Assembly: GCA_963720365.1 (NCBI GenBank)
Contig: CAVRFK010000003.1
Coordinates: 32,381-96,380, forward strand
Reading direction: 5' to 3'
DNA: 64,000 nucleotides
DNA from: an uncultured Gemmatimonadales bacterium
Lineage (GTDB): Bacteria > Gemmatimonadota > Gemmatimonadetes > Gemmatimonadales > GWC2-71-9
Below the pieces are notes generated by a model, which ran no database searches, was not told the DNA's origin, and was given only the letters and a program-made list of their open reading frames with translations. Below, in pieces: positions 63,333 to 64,000 of this stretch. The position numbers and the translations under genes are program-made. Each line of letters opens with the position of its first letter. Position 1 is the first letter of the stretch.

Positions 63333-64000
63333 TTACTCCTTGCGAGTGGGTGGAACGACCAGCGCGTCGCGGGCTTCGAGCGCGAGGGCGAGCGCGCGGT
63401 CGGGATCGTCGGCCAGGCAGTTCAGGTGACCCATCTTCCGCCCCGGTCTGGGCTCGGCCTTGCCGTACAGATGCAGGCGGGCACCAGGGCGTCGAAACAC
63501 TTCTTCCCAGCGCGGCGTGCCGCCGGACCAGAGATCGCCCAGCAGGTTCACCATGGCGACCGGACTGAGGAGCGTCGGCTGCGCCAGCGGCAGGCCGCAG
63601 AGCGCGCGGAGCTGCTGCTCGAACTGGTCCGCGGAGCACGCATCGAGCGTGTAGTGCCCGCTGTTGTGCGGCCGCGGGGCGATCTCGTTGACGTAGATGC
63701 GGCCGCCGTTCAGCCACGAACAGCTCGACCCCGAGGACGCCGACGTAGGGGAGCGCCGCGGCGACGCGGGCCGCCGTATCGCGCGCCTCGTCCGCGATGG
63801 CCCGGGACACGCGCGCCGGCACCACGGTGGTCTCCAGGATGCCGTCCCGGTGGCGGTTCTCCCCGACCGGAAAGGCCGCGACCGCCCCGTCGTCCCCCCT
63901 GGCCAAGACTACGGATAACTCCGTTTCCAGTGCCAACCGCTCTTCCAGCACGCAGGCGACCCGGCCGAACCTGGCGAACGCCTGGGCGCCATCCTCCGGG
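63333..64000 (-). CDS. purK: N5-carboxyaminoimidazole ribonucleotide synthase (5' end beyond window), one frame break
   Basis: ELSVVLARGDDGAVAAFPVGENRHRDGIL..GVLGVELFV then, in the next frame, LNGGRIYVNEIAPRPHNSGHYT..GRKMGHL. Break near 63708-63716, stop at 63333-63335. Confidence 0.8.

Noticed and set aside
59187-64000. Genomic island integrated at the tmRNA 3' end
   Set aside because: There is no integrase, no phage or transposon genes, and no duplicated copy of the tmRNA 3' segment. The downstream genes are ordinary lipoprotein and metabolic genes with the same composition.

Overview
The window is very GC-rich bacterial chromosome. I did not compute the GC value, and the taxon cannot be fixed from sequence alone. 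Gene order and the leaderless style would fit a Gemmatimonadota-like soil bacterium, but that is only a guess.

The content is almost entirely core housekeeping, mostly on the + strand and tightly packed, with many ATGA/GTGA start-stop overlaps:
- Trehalose synthesis (treX-treY) and a PPK2 kinase.
- A small type IV pilus/T2SS-like module on the minus strand.
- tyrA-aroA-cmk-rpsA.
- Acyl-CoA carboxylase parts (pccB, accC, a biotin carrier).
- rplM-rpsI and rpsB-tsf-pyrH-frr-uppS-cdsA-dxr-rseP.
- rpsO-pnp, an M16 peptidase, ald and dut.
- mreBCD-mrdA-rodA, then accD-folC.
- hisS, proS, lysA and guaA.
- A GWxTD-like gene, ptsN and a beta-propeller protein.
- dusB-larB-corA-GGDEF.
- The tmRNA gene, followed by a leishmanolysin-like lipoprotein, an aminotransferase, a DUF2911 protein and purK.

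No CRISPR array, transposase, integrase or tRNA gene was seen.

The dominant anomaly is technical-looking. At least about 30 single-base insertions split otherwise well-conserved ORFs, including essential ones (hisS three times, lysA three times, and proS, aroA, mreC, mreD, mrdA, folC). I read these as probable assembly or sequencing indels rather than biology. I annotate the reconstructed genes and flag every break.

I found no convincing novel multi-gene system. The most interesting items are:
- An inverted pair of octamer tandem arrays around an AT-rich core just upstream of ssrA.
- A GspE/PilB ATPase with a C-terminal receiver domain in a minimal pilin module.
- A palindromic REP-like element family behind several genes.
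- A recurrent TATCTT -10-like hexamer that implies leaderless pccB, hisS and dusB transcripts.
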